Source of the DNA: Myxococcota bacterium
GTDB lineage: Bacteria; Myxococcota_A; UBA9160; SZUA-336
DNA length: 48,441 nucleotides
Reading direction: 5' to 3'
Assembly: GCA_036337215.1 (NCBI GenBank)
Contig: JAYZEO010000028.1
Location: forward strand, 1-48,441
Shown here: positions 37,985-48,399 of the stretch, one piece after another
Layout: each line of letters starts with the position of its first letter
Numbering within the stretch: position 1 is the stretch's first letter
Position numbers and translations under genes: made by a program
Notes under the pieces: generated by a model
Told to the model about the DNA's origin: nothing
What the model saw: only the letters and a program-made list of their open reading frames with translations
The model's database searches: none

Positions 37985-39211
37985 ATGGATTTCAACGACA
38001 CCCCGCAAGAGTCCGAGTTTCGAGCTGAGGCTCGCAGCTGGCTCGACGCCAACGCCAAACGGCTCGGCGCCGACGAGTCCCCGACCGGAATGGCCCAGGG
38101 CCCGGACCGGTCAGACCTGATCAAGGAGTCTCAAACCTGGCAGGCGCACAAGGCCGATGCCGGCTGGGCCTGCATCACCTGGCCCAAGGAGTACGGGGGC
38201 CGCGGAGCCTCTTCGATTCAGAACGTGATCTGGAACCAGGAGGAGGGCCGCTATCGCACGCCCCCGAACGTGTTCGGGATCGGCCAGGGGATGCTCGGAC
38301 CGACGATCATGGCGCACGGCAGCGACCCGCAGAAGACGCGCTACCTGAACCCGATGCTGCGCGGCGACGAAATCTGGTGCCAGCTCTTCAGCGAGCCGGC
38401 GGCCGGCTCGGACCTGGCCGGACTCCAAACCCGCGCCGTCCAGGAAGGCGACGAGTGGGTTTTGAACGGCCAGAAGATCTGGACCACCGGTGCGCAGTAT
38501 TCCCGCTGGGGCATGATCGTGACGCGCTCGGACCCCGCCGCGAAGAAGCACGCCGGAATCACCTACTTCATCGTCGACATGGAATCTCCGGGGATCGAGA
38601 TCCGGCCGATCAAGCAGATCAACGGTGGAAAGTCGTTCACCGAGGTGTTCTTCAGCGACGTGCGCGTCCCGGACGAGAACATCGTCGGAAAAGTGAACGA
38701 CGGCTGGCGCGGTGCAATCACGACGCTCATGAACGAGCGCGCCTCGATCGGGGGCGGCGGCGGTTCGAACGGCTTCAAGGAGTTGATGCGGCTCGCGCGC
38801 GAGACCGACTGGAACGGGCGGCCGGCGCTTCAGGACCCCTACGTCCGGCAGCGGCTGGCCGACTTCTACATTCGCTCGAAGGGCCTTCAGTACACGGGCT
38901 ACCGGACCCTGACGGCCCTCTCCAAGGGAGCGACGCCGGGACCCGAGGCCTCGATCGGGAAGCTGGTCGGTGCCCCGCTCAGCCAGGAACTCGCCGGTTT
39001 CGCGTGCGACCTGCAGGGACAGGCCGGCACGCTGATGGACGACGAGTCCAGCTGGCAGTCGAGTTACCTGGGGGCGCCCGGCATCCGGATCGCGGGCGGC
39101 ACCGACGAGATCCTGCGAAACATCATCGCGGAGCGCGTCCTCGGGCTACCGCCCGAAGTCCGGCTCGACAAGGGCGTCGCGTTCCAAGATATCCCGACCG
39201 GCCGAAACTAG
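37985..39211 (+). CDS. Acyl-CoA dehydrogenase family, large subunit
   Basis: WCQLFSEPAAGSDLA, NGQKIWT, IAGGTDEILRNIIAERVLGLP. Confidence 0.92.
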   Translation: MDFNDTPQESEFRAEARSWLDANAKRLGADESPTGMAQGPDRSDLIKESQTWQAHKADAGWACITWPKEYGGRGASSIQNVIWNQEEGRYRTPPNVFGIGQGMLGPTIMAHGSDPQKTRYLNPMLRGDEIWCQLFSEPAAGSDLAGLQTRAVQEGDEWVLNGQKIWTTGAQYSRWGMIVTRSDPAAKKHAGITYFIVDMESPGIEIRPIKQINGGKSFTEVFFSDVRVPDENIVGKVNDGWRGAITTLMNERASIGGGGGSNGFKELMRLARETDWNGRPALQDPYVRQRLADFYIRSKGLQYTGYRTLTALSKGATPGPEASIGKLVGAPLSQELAGFACDLQGQAGTLMDDESSWQSSYLGAPGIRIAGGTDEILRNIIAERVLGLPPEVRLDKGVAFQDIPTGRN

Positions 39212-39271
39212 CCCGGCGACGCCGGGCCCCGAATCGGAGACTGCAGGCCCCGCCCGGGCACCGGGCGGGGC
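39211..39271. terminator. Two GC-rich hairpins between convergent genes (7-bp stem 39211-39227; 11-bp stem 39247-39271)
   Basis: GCCCGGC-gac-GCCGGGC and GCCCCGCCCGG-gca-CCGGGCGGGGC; no U-tract. Confidence 0.5.
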
Positions 39272-39278
39272 TGCCTTG

Positions 39279-40706
39279 CTAACCGAAGACCTGCGGCTGC
39301 CGGTTACTCCATGGCCGCGCGCGCTCGAGCTGCGAAGCCACGCGAAATAGCGTGGCTTCGTCGGCATAACGGCCCACGAACTGCATTCCGAGCGGCAGAC
39401 CGTCAGCGCTCCAGGCGAGCGGAACCGACATCGCGGGCTGGCCGGTGAAGTTGAAGGGCGGCGTGAACGGAAACGCTTCGGCCTGACGCTTCGAGACCTC
39501 ACGCGGTTCCAGGGTGACGGGATCGATGTGCCCGATCACGGGCGGCGGGGTTCCCATGACCGGGGTGAGGAGCAGGTCGAACTCCTCGAACAGTGACAGC
39601 GTCTGCCGACATAGCACGCGCAAGCTGCGCCAGGCGCCCATCACCTCGGCACCCGTCAGCTTCCGGCCCGCGCGAATCCCGGCCCAGGTCAGCGGCTCGA
39701 GTTCGTGTTCCTCGGGCTCGCGCCCGCGCGCGGCGACGAGTTCGAGGTAATTGGCCGCGGCGTTCGCACCCGAGACCCGCTGCTGCGCGCGGTAGAGTTC
39801 CCGATAGTCGATCCCGAGTCCGCGCTCGACGAGCTCGTGCCCGAGCCCTTCGAGCAGCACCGCGGTCTCTTCGAGCGCCGCCTGGTTCTCGGGATGGATC
39901 GCAACCCCGCGCGGAGTCTCGGAGGTGAACGCAATGCGCAACCGGCCCGGATCGGCGCCGACCTCGTCGAGGTAGGGGCGCGCCTTGGCCGGGTAGGCGA
40001 ACGGCGTCGCCGGCTCCGGCCCGTCGCTGCAATCGAGCATCGCGGCACTGTCGCGCACGCTGCGGCTGACCACGTGGTCCACGCTGAAACCGATCGCCCG
40101 GCCCGGGTCGAGCGGTCCCCCGGGGTTTCGGTCGCGCGTCACCTTGAGGCCGAACACTCCGCAACACGCCGCCGGAATCCGGATCGATCCGAGGCCGTCG
40201 CTCGCGTGCGCGAGCGGAACGATTCCTGCTGCGGTCGCGGCCGCCGCTCCGCCGCTCGAGCCTCCCGAGATGTGATCGGGGTTCCAGGGATTGCGGCAGG
40301 GACCGAGCAGGGCTGACTCCGTGGTCCCGGTGATACCGAGTTCGGGGGTATTGGTCTTGCCGAGGATCACCACGCCCGAGGCCCGGTAACGCCGGGTGAG
40401 TTCCCCGTCCTCGGCCGGTACCTCGTCGGCCAGGAAACGGCTCCCGCTAGTGCGCGGCATCCCGGCGACCGGGCAGCCGAGATCCTTGATCAGAAACGGC
40501 ACCCCCCGGAAGGGTCCGGGCGGCAGCTCGCGCGCCGCGGTCTCGCGGGCCTCGTCGTACGCCTTGTAGACGACCGCGTTCAAAGTCGGGTTGTGCCGTT
40601 CGATGCGCTCGATCGCCGCTTCGACGAGTTCTGCGGCCGAAACCTCGCCCTTGCGCACCAGTTCCGCGAGGCCCAGGCCGTCGTATTCCGAGTATTCGTG
40701 GTACAC
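39279..40706 (-). CDS. Amidase-signature family amidase
   Basis: [32 protein letters not shown]; GTG start after GGAGG. Confidence 0.92.
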   Translation of the reverse strand: MYHEYSEYDGLGLAELVRKGEVSAAELVEAAIERIERHNPTLNAVVYKAYDEARETAARELPPGPFRGVPFLIKDLGCPVAGMPRTSGSRFLADEVPAEDGELTRRYRASGVVILGKTNTPELGITGTTESALLGPCRNPWNPDHISGGSSGGAAAATAAGIVPLAHASDGLGSIRIPAACCGVFGLKVTRDRNPGGPLDPGRAIGFSVDHVVSRSVRDSAAMLDCSDGPEPATPFAYPAKARPYLDEVGADPGRLRIAFTSETPRGVAIHPENQAALEETAVLLEGLGHELVERGLGIDYRELYRAQQRVSGANAAANYLELVAARGREPEEHELEPLTWAGIRAGRKLTGAEVMGAWRSLRVLCRQTLSLFEEFDLLLTPVMGTPPPVIGHIDPVTLEPREVSKRQAEAFPFTPPFNFTGQPAMSVPLAWSADGLPLGMQFVGRYADEATLFRVASQLERARPWSNRQPQVFG

Positions 40707-40801
40707 GCGAGATCCTCCCGCAAAGGCCTGATTCTACCGGCTCGGTTGATCTCCGGGTGCCGGGTCTGAGACCCTCGTCCCCCGCAGCAAAGGAGACCCA
40801 C

Positions 40802-41845
40802 ATGCCCGAGATGAACCGCCAGTGGTTGCTGGCCGCACGGCCGCGGGGCCTCGTCAAACAGAGCGATTTCGAGTTCGTGGAGACGCCGCTGCCCGAGCCC
40901 CAGGACGGACAGGTGCTGGTACTCAACCTGTACCTCTCCTTCGATCCGGCGATGCGCGGTTGGATGGAGGATCGCCCCAGCTACGTGCCGCCGGTGCAGA
41001 TCGGCGAGCCGATGCGGGCCGGCTCCGTCGGCCAGGTCGTCGCGACCCGGCATCCGGATCTCAAAGAAGGCGACTTCGTGCAGGGCACCTTCGGCTGGCA
41101 GGACTATGCACTCGCGGCTCCGGGCCTCGCCAATCCGGTGCCACCGGGAATTCCCTTGACCTGGGTGATGGGCGTCGTCGGCATCACCGGACTCACGGCC
41201 TACTTCGGGCTACTGGATCTGGGAGAGCCGAAGCCGGGTGAAACCGTCGTGGTCTCGGGTGCCGCAGGAGCCACCGGCTCGGTCGCGGGCCAGATCGCGA
41301 AGCTGCACGACTGTCGCGTCGTCGGAATCGCGGGTGGCGCAGAGAAGTGCGCCTGGCTGACCGAGGCCGCGGGCTTCGACGCGGCAATCGACTACAAGGG
41401 CGAGCGGGTTTCCCAGAAACTTCGCGAGTTGTGCCCAAACGGGATCGATGTGTATTTCGACAACGTCGGCGGGCCGATCCTGGATGACTGCCTCGGACAG
41501 ATCGCTCAAAACGCTCGCGTGGTTCTGTGCGGCGGGATCTCGGGCTACAACGAGAGCGAACCGCCGCCGGGGCCGCGCAACCTGATGAACCTCGTGATCC
41601 AGCGCGCGCGGATGCAGGGCTTCATCGTGCTCGATTACCTTCCGCGCTTCGGCGAAGGCGTCGGGAAGCTGCTGGAGTGGGTCCGCGCGGGCAGGATCGT
41701 GCACCGCGAGGACATCCAGCACGGACTCGAGAACGCACCCGAGACCTTCCTGCGGCTGTTCGCGGGCAAGAATCTCGGCAAACAACTGCTGAAAATCGCG
41801 GAAGCGCCGCTCGGGAACGAACCTCGGGCCACGGAGGGGTCCTGA
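40802..41845 (+). CDS. NADP-dependent oxidoreductase (prostaglandin reductase/CurA-like MDR)
   Basis: YLSFDPAMRGWM, GLTAYFGL, VSGAAGATG, DVYFDNVGG, G.NLGK. Confidence 0.9.
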   Translation: MPEMNRQWLLAARPRGLVKQSDFEFVETPLPEPQDGQVLVLNLYLSFDPAMRGWMEDRPSYVPPVQIGEPMRAGSVGQVVATRHPDLKEGDFVQGTFGWQDYALAAPGLANPVPPGIPLTWVMGVVGITGLTAYFGLLDLGEPKPGETVVVSGAAGATGSVAGQIAKLHDCRVVGIAGGAEKCAWLTEAAGFDAAIDYKGERVSQKLRELCPNGIDVYFDNVGGPILDDCLGQIAQNARVVLCGGISGYNESEPPPGPRNLMNLVIQRARMQGFIVLDYLPRFGEGVGKLLEWVRAGRIVHREDIQHGLENAPETFLRLFAGKNLGKQLLKIAEAPLGNEPRATEGS

Positions 41846-42651
41846 TGTCGGATAGCGTCAGGGTCGAAAGAGAGAATGGGGTGGGCTGGGTGACGCTCAA
41901 CCGCCCGGATCGCATGAACGCGCTCACGCCGGAAATGCTGGCGGTGCTCCCCGAACGTCTGGGCGAGGTCGCGAACGATCCCGAGGTTCGCTGCGTCGTG
42001 CTCACGGGCGAGGGCGAACGCGCCTTCTCGGCGGGCGCAGATCTGGCACCCCCGGGAACCCGGGGCAACCCGGTTTCACGCGCGGACCGAACGCTCGAGG
42101 CATCGATCGACCAACTCAAGCATTTCCAGGAGTCCTCCTGGCTGCTTCACACGATGCCCAAGCCGACGCTGGCCGCGATCAACGGAGCCGCCGCGGGGGC
42201 ATCCTTCTCGATGGCGCTGGCCTGCGACTTTCGCGTGGTCGCAGAGCACGCGGTGATGACCACGGCGTTCGCACGGATCGGCTTCTCGGGGGATTTCGGA
42301 GGCGCCTACTTCATGACTCAGATCCTGGGCACCGCGAAGGCGCGCGAACTCTACATGCTCGGGAGCCGCGTGGGTGCAGAGGAAGCCCACGAGATTGGGC
42401 TCGTCCACCGTAAGTTCTCGAGCGACAGCTTTCGCAAGGAGACACGTGAGTTCGCTGAGAAGATCGCGGCGGGCCCGCCGCTCGGGTACCGCTACATGAA
42501 GCGCAACCTGAACCTCGCGATTCACAGCCACCTGCGCGACCTGCTCGACCTCGAGGCCGAGGCCATGATGCGTACGGGTCGAAGCGAGGACTTCATGAAC
42601 GCCACGGCGGCGTTCCTCAAGAAAGAAGACCCGGTTTTTCGGGGACGTTAG
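41845..42651 (+). CDS. Enoyl-CoA hydratase/isomerase (crotonase family)
   Basis: TLNRPDRMNAL, FSAGADL, KPTLAAINGAAAG, LACDFR; TGATG overlap. Confidence 0.9.
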   Translation: MSDSVRVERENGVGWVTLNRPDRMNALTPEMLAVLPERLGEVANDPEVRCVVLTGEGERAFSAGADLAPPGTRGNPVSRADRTLEASIDQLKHFQESSWLLHTMPKPTLAAINGAAAGASFSMALACDFRVVAEHAVMTTAFARIGFSGDFGGAYFMTQILGTAKARELYMLGSRVGAEEAHEIGLVHRKFSSDSFRKETREFAEKIAAGPPLGYRYMKRNLNLAIHSHLRDLLDLEAEAMMRTGRSEDFMNATAAFLKKEDPVFRGR

Positions 42652-42695
42652 GCAACGCCGCGAACCGGGCGGCTGCTGCGGGAGAGGAGTTCGTG

Positions 42696-44189
42696 ATGGC
42701 TATCGAGATCGAAACGACCTACGGAAAGATCGCGGGAACTCAGGCCGACGCGCACCAGCGCTTCCTGGGAGTCCCGTTCGCACGACCGCCCGTCGGCGCG
42801 CGGCGCTTCCTGGCCCCTGAAGGGCCCGAGCCCTGGAGCGAAACACGCCCCGCAACCGAGTTCGGACTCTCTGCGCCCCAGAACCCGAGCCCGCTCCCGG
42901 GCATGGAACCCGGGCCGCAGGGTGAGGACTGCCTGTTCCTGAACGTCTACACACCCGCGGCCGACAGCGCCGCCCGACCGGTCATGGTCTGGATCCACGG
43001 CGGAGGCTTTACGGGCGGATCGGGATCCCAGGCACTTTACGAAGGCGGACCGCTGTGCACGCGCGGCGACGTCGTTTTGGTCAGCGTGAACTACCGCCTC
43101 GGTGCGCTCGGCTACCTGACCGTCCCGGGCGCGGACCCGAACCTGGGTCAGCTCGACCAGATCGCGGCGCTGCGCTGGGTGCGTGACAACATCGAGCGAT
43201 TCGGAGGCGACCCCGGAAACGTCACGATTTTCGGCGAGTCAGCGGGCGGTATGGCCGTGGCGACCTTGCTCGGCATGCCCGGCGCCGCCGGACTCTTCCA
43301 CCGCGCGATCCCGCAGAGCGGGGCCGCGCATCATGTGCACAGCGCCGAGAGCGCCGCACGCGTGGCGGAACGTTTTTGTGGAGAACTCGGCTTGCCGGGC
43401 GCCGACGCGGAGAAGCTCCGACAGCTACCGGTCGAGCGAATCCTCGAGGCCCAGGCAAAGGCCCTGGTCGCGCTGCAGCGTGAACCCGGACTCGCGTTCG
43501 CTCCCGTGGTCGACCCCAACTCGCTGCCGCAGCACCCGCTCGAGGCAGTGCGGGCCGGGGCCTCTGGCGAGATCCCGCTGCTCGTCGGCACCAACCGCGA
43601 CGAGTCGAAGCTCTTTAACATTGGACTCGCGGGCGGAGAGGTCAGCGCGGAGCAACTCGAAAAGCGCGTGCGGGCGCTGCTCCGGGCACGCCGGGCAGAA
43701 GATCGGGCGCCGGCCCTGATCGACGCCTACCGACGTGCGCGAGAAGGACACGCCTCGACCGAGGCCGCGGAACTCCTGGATGCGATCGACTCGGATCACA
43801 CCTTCAGGATCCCGGCGATCCGGCTGGCCGAGGCGCATGCAGCGCACCCGGCCGGCACCTACGGCTATCTGTTCACCTGGGAATCACCCGCGCGCCGCGG
43901 CGCGCTCGGCTCCTGCCACGCGCTCGAGTTGCCGTTCGTGTTCGGGAGCTTCAATGCCCCGACCATGGACCGCTTCGCAGGCACGGGCCCGGAGGCGGAA
44001 CGGCTCTCGCAGCGGATCATGGATGCCTGGATCGCATTCGCACGTAGCGGCGACCCGGCGCACCCCGGACTCCCCGAGTGGCCGACGTACGACGCCCAGA
44101 CGCGGGCTACGATGCTGTTCGACCGAAGCTGCGAGCGCTGCGACGCACCCCTCGACGCGGAGCGCGCCGCCTGGGACGGGATCCTGTAG
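42696..44189 (+). CDS. Type-B carboxylesterase/lipase
   Basis: EDCLFLNV, WIHGGGF, NYRLG, FGESAGG, GTNRDE, HALELPFVF. Confidence 0.92.
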   Translation: MAIEIETTYGKIAGTQADAHQRFLGVPFARPPVGARRFLAPEGPEPWSETRPATEFGLSAPQNPSPLPGMEPGPQGEDCLFLNVYTPAADSAARPVMVWIHGGGFTGGSGSQALYEGGPLCTRGDVVLVSVNYRLGALGYLTVPGADPNLGQLDQIAALRWVRDNIERFGGDPGNVTIFGESAGGMAVATLLGMPGAAGLFHRAIPQSGAAHHVHSAESAARVAERFCGELGLPGADAEKLRQLPVERILEAQAKALVALQREPGLAFAPVVDPNSLPQHPLEAVRAGASGEIPLLVGTNRDESKLFNIGLAGGEVSAEQLEKRVRALLRARRAEDRAPALIDAYRRAREGHASTEAAELLDAIDSDHTFRIPAIRLAEAHAAHPAGTYGYLFTWESPARRGALGSCHALELPFVFGSFNAPTMDRFAGTGPEAERLSQRIMDAWIAFARSGDPAHPGLPEWPTYDAQTRATMLFDRSCERCDAPLDAERAAWDGIL

Positions 44190-44219
44190 CCGCAACGACT
44201 GCACGCGAGCCAGAGGGGA

Positions 44220-45242
44220 TCAGCCACCCGCGTGCGGGTCGCGCCAGGCCCCGCGATCGAGAAACAGGCCCAGGCGAGCCGCCTCGGAAAAGACGCGGCC
44301 GGTCCGGATGACCCGCGGCCCCGAGCGGTCGATCCGGAGCCGCACGCTCTGTCCCGGCGCGAGCGTGTATTCGCGATCGCCGTCGAAGGCGAGCACGCCC
44401 GGGCCCCGGAACTCGACCGCCTGCCCGAGTTCGACGCGGCGCCAGGACGCGACCCGAACCGGGCGGTAGAGGCCGGGCGAGATCGGCACCCGAAGTTCGC
44501 ACGACCCCTCCACTGCCCCGCCACACTCGACCTCGACGCCGAAGTCGTCGTCGATGCCGGCCGGATGCAACAGCCCGCCGATCGGCGAGGTTCCGATCGC
44601 GGCGGGCTCGGCTCGGGCGAGCAGGAGCCGCCGCAGATGTGCAGGCTCGAAGGGCAGCAGGTTCCCGCGGAAGTCCCCGACGAGCAGCACCGCATCCACC
44701 AGGGCCAGATCTCGCGGCCCCCCGTCGATCTCGACCCGAATGCACTTGGCGCGCGGCGCGACCTGCTCGAGCGCCATCTCACCCAAGACCACCAGGGCCG
44801 CCGCGGACCCGGCCAGCGTCGCCTCGAGCATGAACGGGAAGACATTGTTCGTGCCGGTCGAAACCGGCACCATCGGCACCCCGGGCCACGCTTTCGCAAC
44901 CGTTCGTTGGGTGCCGTCACCGCCGAGCACCACCAGCGCCCCGCAGCCGGAAGCGCGCATCGCCTCGGCCGCGCGGGCGCTGTCATCGGCCGTGACTCGT
45001 GCCCCGATGTCGATCACCTCGATCTCGGCATCGAGGCGCAGGTGCCTGACCGCCTCCTCGGAGACACGGAACGGATCGCGCGCGACGACCACGCGGGCTG
45101 CTCCGCTCGCCGCGGCCCCGATCACGATCCGGGCCACCTGGTTGCGCTTGCTCTGCGGAGTCGAATCCCCCGCCCGGGCAGCCACGCGGCGCACGTCACG
45201 CCCCGAGACCGGATTCACGACCACGCCCACGACCCCCGACAT
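44220..45242 (-). CDS. ATP-NAD kinase-like protein (AcoX family)
   Basis: NPVSGRDVRR, LGGDGT, STGTNNVFP, FDGDRE; ATG 45242. Confidence 0.85.
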   Translation of the reverse strand: MSGVVGVVVNPVSGRDVRRVAARAGDSTPQSKRNQVARIVIGAAASGAARVVVARDPFRVSEEAVRHLRLDAEIEVIDIGARVTADDSARAAEAMRASGCGALVVLGGDGTQRTVAKAWPGVPMVPVSTGTNNVFPFMLEATLAGSAAALVVLGEMALEQVAPRAKCIRVEIDGGPRDLALVDAVLLVGDFRGNLLPFEPAHLRRLLLARAEPAAIGTSPIGGLLHPAGIDDDFGVEVECGGAVEGSCELRVPISPGLYRPVRVASWRRVELGQAVEFRGPGVLAFDGDREYTLAPGQSVRLRIDRSGPRVIRTGRVFSEAARLGLFLDRGAWRDPHAGG

Positions 45243-45283
45243 CGATCCCCTTTCTCTCGAGACCCCTATGGTAGGCTGCGCCG

Positions 45284-47086
45284 ATGGCAGGAAAATTGAC
45301 ACAGCTTTATCGGTTGATTCGATACGGTCTGCCTCTGCGACGGCTCGTGCCCGATGGCGACCTGACCCTGGCCGACCTGATCGAGCGCCAGGTCGAAAAG
45401 CGCGGCGACCACCCTGTCGTACTGTACGAAGACCGCCAACTCAGTTACCGCGAGTACAACGAGATTGCGAACCGGTTTGCTCACTGGGCGATCTCACGTG
45501 GACTGCGCACGGGCGACGTCGTGGCGCTGCTGATGGAGAATAGGCCCGAGTTCCTGTGCGTCTGGGCGGGCCTCGCGAAGGTCGGGATCACGGCCGCCCT
45601 GATCAACACCAACCAGCCGGGCCGGGCGCTCCACCACGCGATCTCAGAATCCGGCGCCGGCCTCGCAATCGTGGGAAGCGAGTGCCTGGCCCTCTACGAG
45701 ACGCTCGACGGCGACGCGACATGGAAGCTCGCCGTCGTGAGGGAAGAGGGCGAGAGCGACGAGGCCGCCGCACGTTTTCCCGAAAACGCAGAGGATCTGA
45801 CGGCAGCGCTCGGGACCCAGCCCACCGGAAATCCTCCGCGCGAGGTCCGAGTCAACGCGCGTACAGGAGACGAACTCTTCTACATCTATACTTCGGGAAC
45901 GACGGGACTTCCAAAGGCGGCCCGGTTCAGCCACATCAAGTTCGTGAGTGCCGGTACCGCTGCGCGCTTCGGTGGATTCGGGCCGAAGGACATCATGTAC
46001 TGCGCGCTTCCCCTGTATCACAGCGCGGGTGGAGCGATGGCGGCCGGCGCCGTACTGCTCTCCGGAGGTACCCTGGCGCTCCGGCGGCGCTTCAGCGCGA
46101 GCCAGTTCTGGGAAGACATCCGTCGCTACGACGCGACCGCGTTCCAATACATCGGAGAGTTCTGCCGCTACCTGCTCAACCGACCCGCCGACCCGAGGGA
46201 CGGCCAGCATCGGATCAAGTTGATCATCGGAAACGGCCTGCGTCCCGACATCTGGGAGGAGTTCCGGGATCGTTTCCGACTCCCCAGCATCATCGAGTTC
46301 TATGGTGCCACCGAAGGCAACGTCGCGATGCTGAACATGGACAACAAGGTCGGGTCCGTCGGACGGATCCCGCTCAAGGGAATGATGGACGCGCGGCTGA
46401 TCCGTTACGACGTCGAGAAGGACGAATACCTGCTTGACGAAAACGGCCATTGCATCGAGTGCGAACCCGGCGAGGTGGGCGAACTGATCGGCGCAATGCC
46501 GTCCACCAGCGACGACGCACGCGGACGCTTTGAGGGCTACACCTCGAAAGCAGCCACCGAGAAGAAGATCCTTTCCGACGCCTTCGAAGACGGCGACCTC
46601 TTCTTCCGCACCGGCGACCTGCTCAAGGCCGATGCCGAAGGCTACTTCTACTTCATCGATCGGATCGGGGACACCTTCCGCTGGAAGGGCGAGAACGTCT
46701 CTACCCAGGAGGTGGCCGAGGCCGTCGGGGTCTACCCCGGCGTACAGATGACCAATGTCTACGGGGTCGAGGTCGCGGGCACGGATGGGCGCGCCGGGAT
46801 GGCGGCCCTGGTGCTCGAAGATCCGACGGCCTTCGATGGAGCAGCCTTTTACGAACTCGTCTCCGGTGCGCTCCCTTCCTACGCGGCGCCCGTGTTCGTC
46901 CGACTTCAGAAAGAGCCGGAAGTGACCGGTACCTTCAAGCTCAAGAAGGGCGACCTGCAGGACCAGGGTTACGACCGGAGCCAGGTCGAAGACCCGCTCT
47001 TCGTGCGCGATGACGCTGCGGGGCGCTACGTCGAACTCACAGCGGAACGGCTCCGCGCGCTCGAAACCGGCGAACTTCGAATCTAG
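45284..47086 (+). CDS. Long-chain acyl-CoA synthetase (FATP/FadD6 type)
   Basis: YIYTSGTTGLPK, QYIGEFCRYLL, EFYGATEG, DRIGDTFRWKGENVST, TGTFK. Confidence 0.93.
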   Translation: MAGKLTQLYRLIRYGLPLRRLVPDGDLTLADLIERQVEKRGDHPVVLYEDRQLSYREYNEIANRFAHWAISRGLRTGDVVALLMENRPEFLCVWAGLAKVGITAALINTNQPGRALHHAISESGAGLAIVGSECLALYETLDGDATWKLAVVREEGESDEAAARFPENAEDLTAALGTQPTGNPPREVRVNARTGDELFYIYTSGTTGLPKAARFSHIKFVSAGTAARFGGFGPKDIMYCALPLYHSAGGAMAAGAVLLSGGTLALRRRFSASQFWEDIRRYDATAFQYIGEFCRYLLNRPADPRDGQHRIKLIIGNGLRPDIWEEFRDRFRLPSIIEFYGATEGNVAMLNMDNKVGSVGRIPLKGMMDARLIRYDVEKDEYLLDENGHCIECEPGEVGELIGAMPSTSDDARGRFEGYTSKAATEKKILSDAFEDGDLFFRTGDLLKADAEGYFYFIDRIGDTFRWKGENVSTQEVAEAVGVYPGVQMTNVYGVEVAGTDGRAGMAALVLEDPTAFDGAAFYELVSGALPSYAAPVFVRLQKEPEVTGTFKLKKGDLQDQGYDRSQVEDPLFVRDDAAGRYVELTAERLRALETGELRI

Positions 47087-47094
47087 AACCGGCG

Positions 47095-48399
47095 ATGACC
47101 GACCTGCTCTCGCTCTCCGCACGCTTCATCGACAGCGGCGCGAGCGATGGCCCGCGCTCGACCAACCGGATCACGACGGAACTCTCCGAGGTCGCCCCGG
47201 GGATCGCGGTCGTAGAAGCCTTCTCGCACGTGGTCGCCTTCACGACCGAAGCGGGGCTCGTGCTCTTCGACACCAGCCTGGAACTCTTCGCGCCCGGGAT
47301 TCTGAAATCGCTGCGCGCCTGGTCGGACGAGCGCGTACACACCATCGCCTACACCCACGGACACGTGGATCACGTCGGCGGTACCGGGGCCATTCTCGAG
47401 GAAGCGCGCGAGCGGAAGCGCCCGGCACCCAGGGTGATCGGCCACGAGAATCTGCCCGCTCGTTTCGATCGCTACGAACAGACACAGGGCTACAACGCAG
47501 CCATCAACGCCCGTCAGTTCCGTCGCGGCCTGCTGGGCTCGAGTCGAGCCGGGGGCTTCGGACCCTCGGTCTGGGTACGACCCGACACCACGGTTCGAAA
47601 CCGCCTGCGCACCCGGGTCGGAGGACTCGAACTGGAATTCCGCCACGCCCGAGGCGAAACCGACGACCACCTCTGGGCCTGGCTCCCCCAGCAGAAGGCC
47701 ATCTGCGCCGGAGACTTCGTGACCTGGGTATTTCCAAACGCCGGCAACCCGCAGAAGGTCCAGCGCTATCCGCTCGAGTGGTCGCGGGCGCTGCGTGAAA
47801 TGGCCGCGCTCGAGCCGGAGCTGCTGCTGCCCGCGCACGGTCTCCCGGTGGGCGGCACCGATCGCATCCGCCGTGTGCTCGACGATCTCGCACGCGGACT
47901 CGAAATCCTCGTCGAAGGCACGCTTCGACACATGAACGACGGCGAGCCACTCGACCGGATCCTGCAGGCCGTCACGCTTCCACCCGCGCTACTCGAAAAA
48001 CCCTACATGCAGCCGATCTACGACGAGCCGGAGTTCGTGATCCGAAACATCTGGCGCCTCTACGGCGGCTGGTACGACGGCAATCCGGCAAGGCTCAAGC
48101 CGGCGCCCGACGCGGCGCTGGCGACCGAGATCGCGGAACTCGCGGGGGGAGTCCCGGCCCTGGCGAAACGCGCGCGCAAGCTCGCCGAGGCGGGCGAACT
48201 GCGCCTCGCCTGCCACCTGATCGAACTGGCGACCCAGGCGGCGCCCGAGGACCGGGAGGCACACGCACAGCGAGCCTTTATCTATCTCCGACGAAGAGAA
48301 AGCGAACTCTCGCTGATGGCGCGCGGAATTTACGGGAGCGCTGCGGAAGACTCCCAGTCGATTGCCGGAATCGACCCGGATGCGCCACCGAAACGCTAG
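47095..48399 (+). CDS. Alkyl-sulfatase-like MBL-fold hydrolase with dimerisation domain
   Basis: THGHVDH, GETDDH, FPNAGNP, LLPAHG, RNIWRLYGGWYDGNP. Confidence 0.85.
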   Translation: MTDLLSLSARFIDSGASDGPRSTNRITTELSEVAPGIAVVEAFSHVVAFTTEAGLVLFDTSLELFAPGILKSLRAWSDERVHTIAYTHGHVDHVGGTGAILEEARERKRPAPRVIGHENLPARFDRYEQTQGYNAAINARQFRRGLLGSSRAGGFGPSVWVRPDTTVRNRLRTRVGGLELEFRHARGETDDHLWAWLPQQKAICAGDFVTWVFPNAGNPQKVQRYPLEWSRALREMAALEPELLLPAHGLPVGGTDRIRRVLDDLARGLEILVEGTLRHMNDGEPLDRILQAVTLPPALLEKPYMQPIYDEPEFVIRNIWRLYGGWYDGNPARLKPAPDAALATEIAELAGGVPALAKRARKLAEAGELRLACHLIELATQAAPEDREAHAQRAFIYLRRRESELSLMARGIYGSAAEDSQSIAGIDPDAPPKR

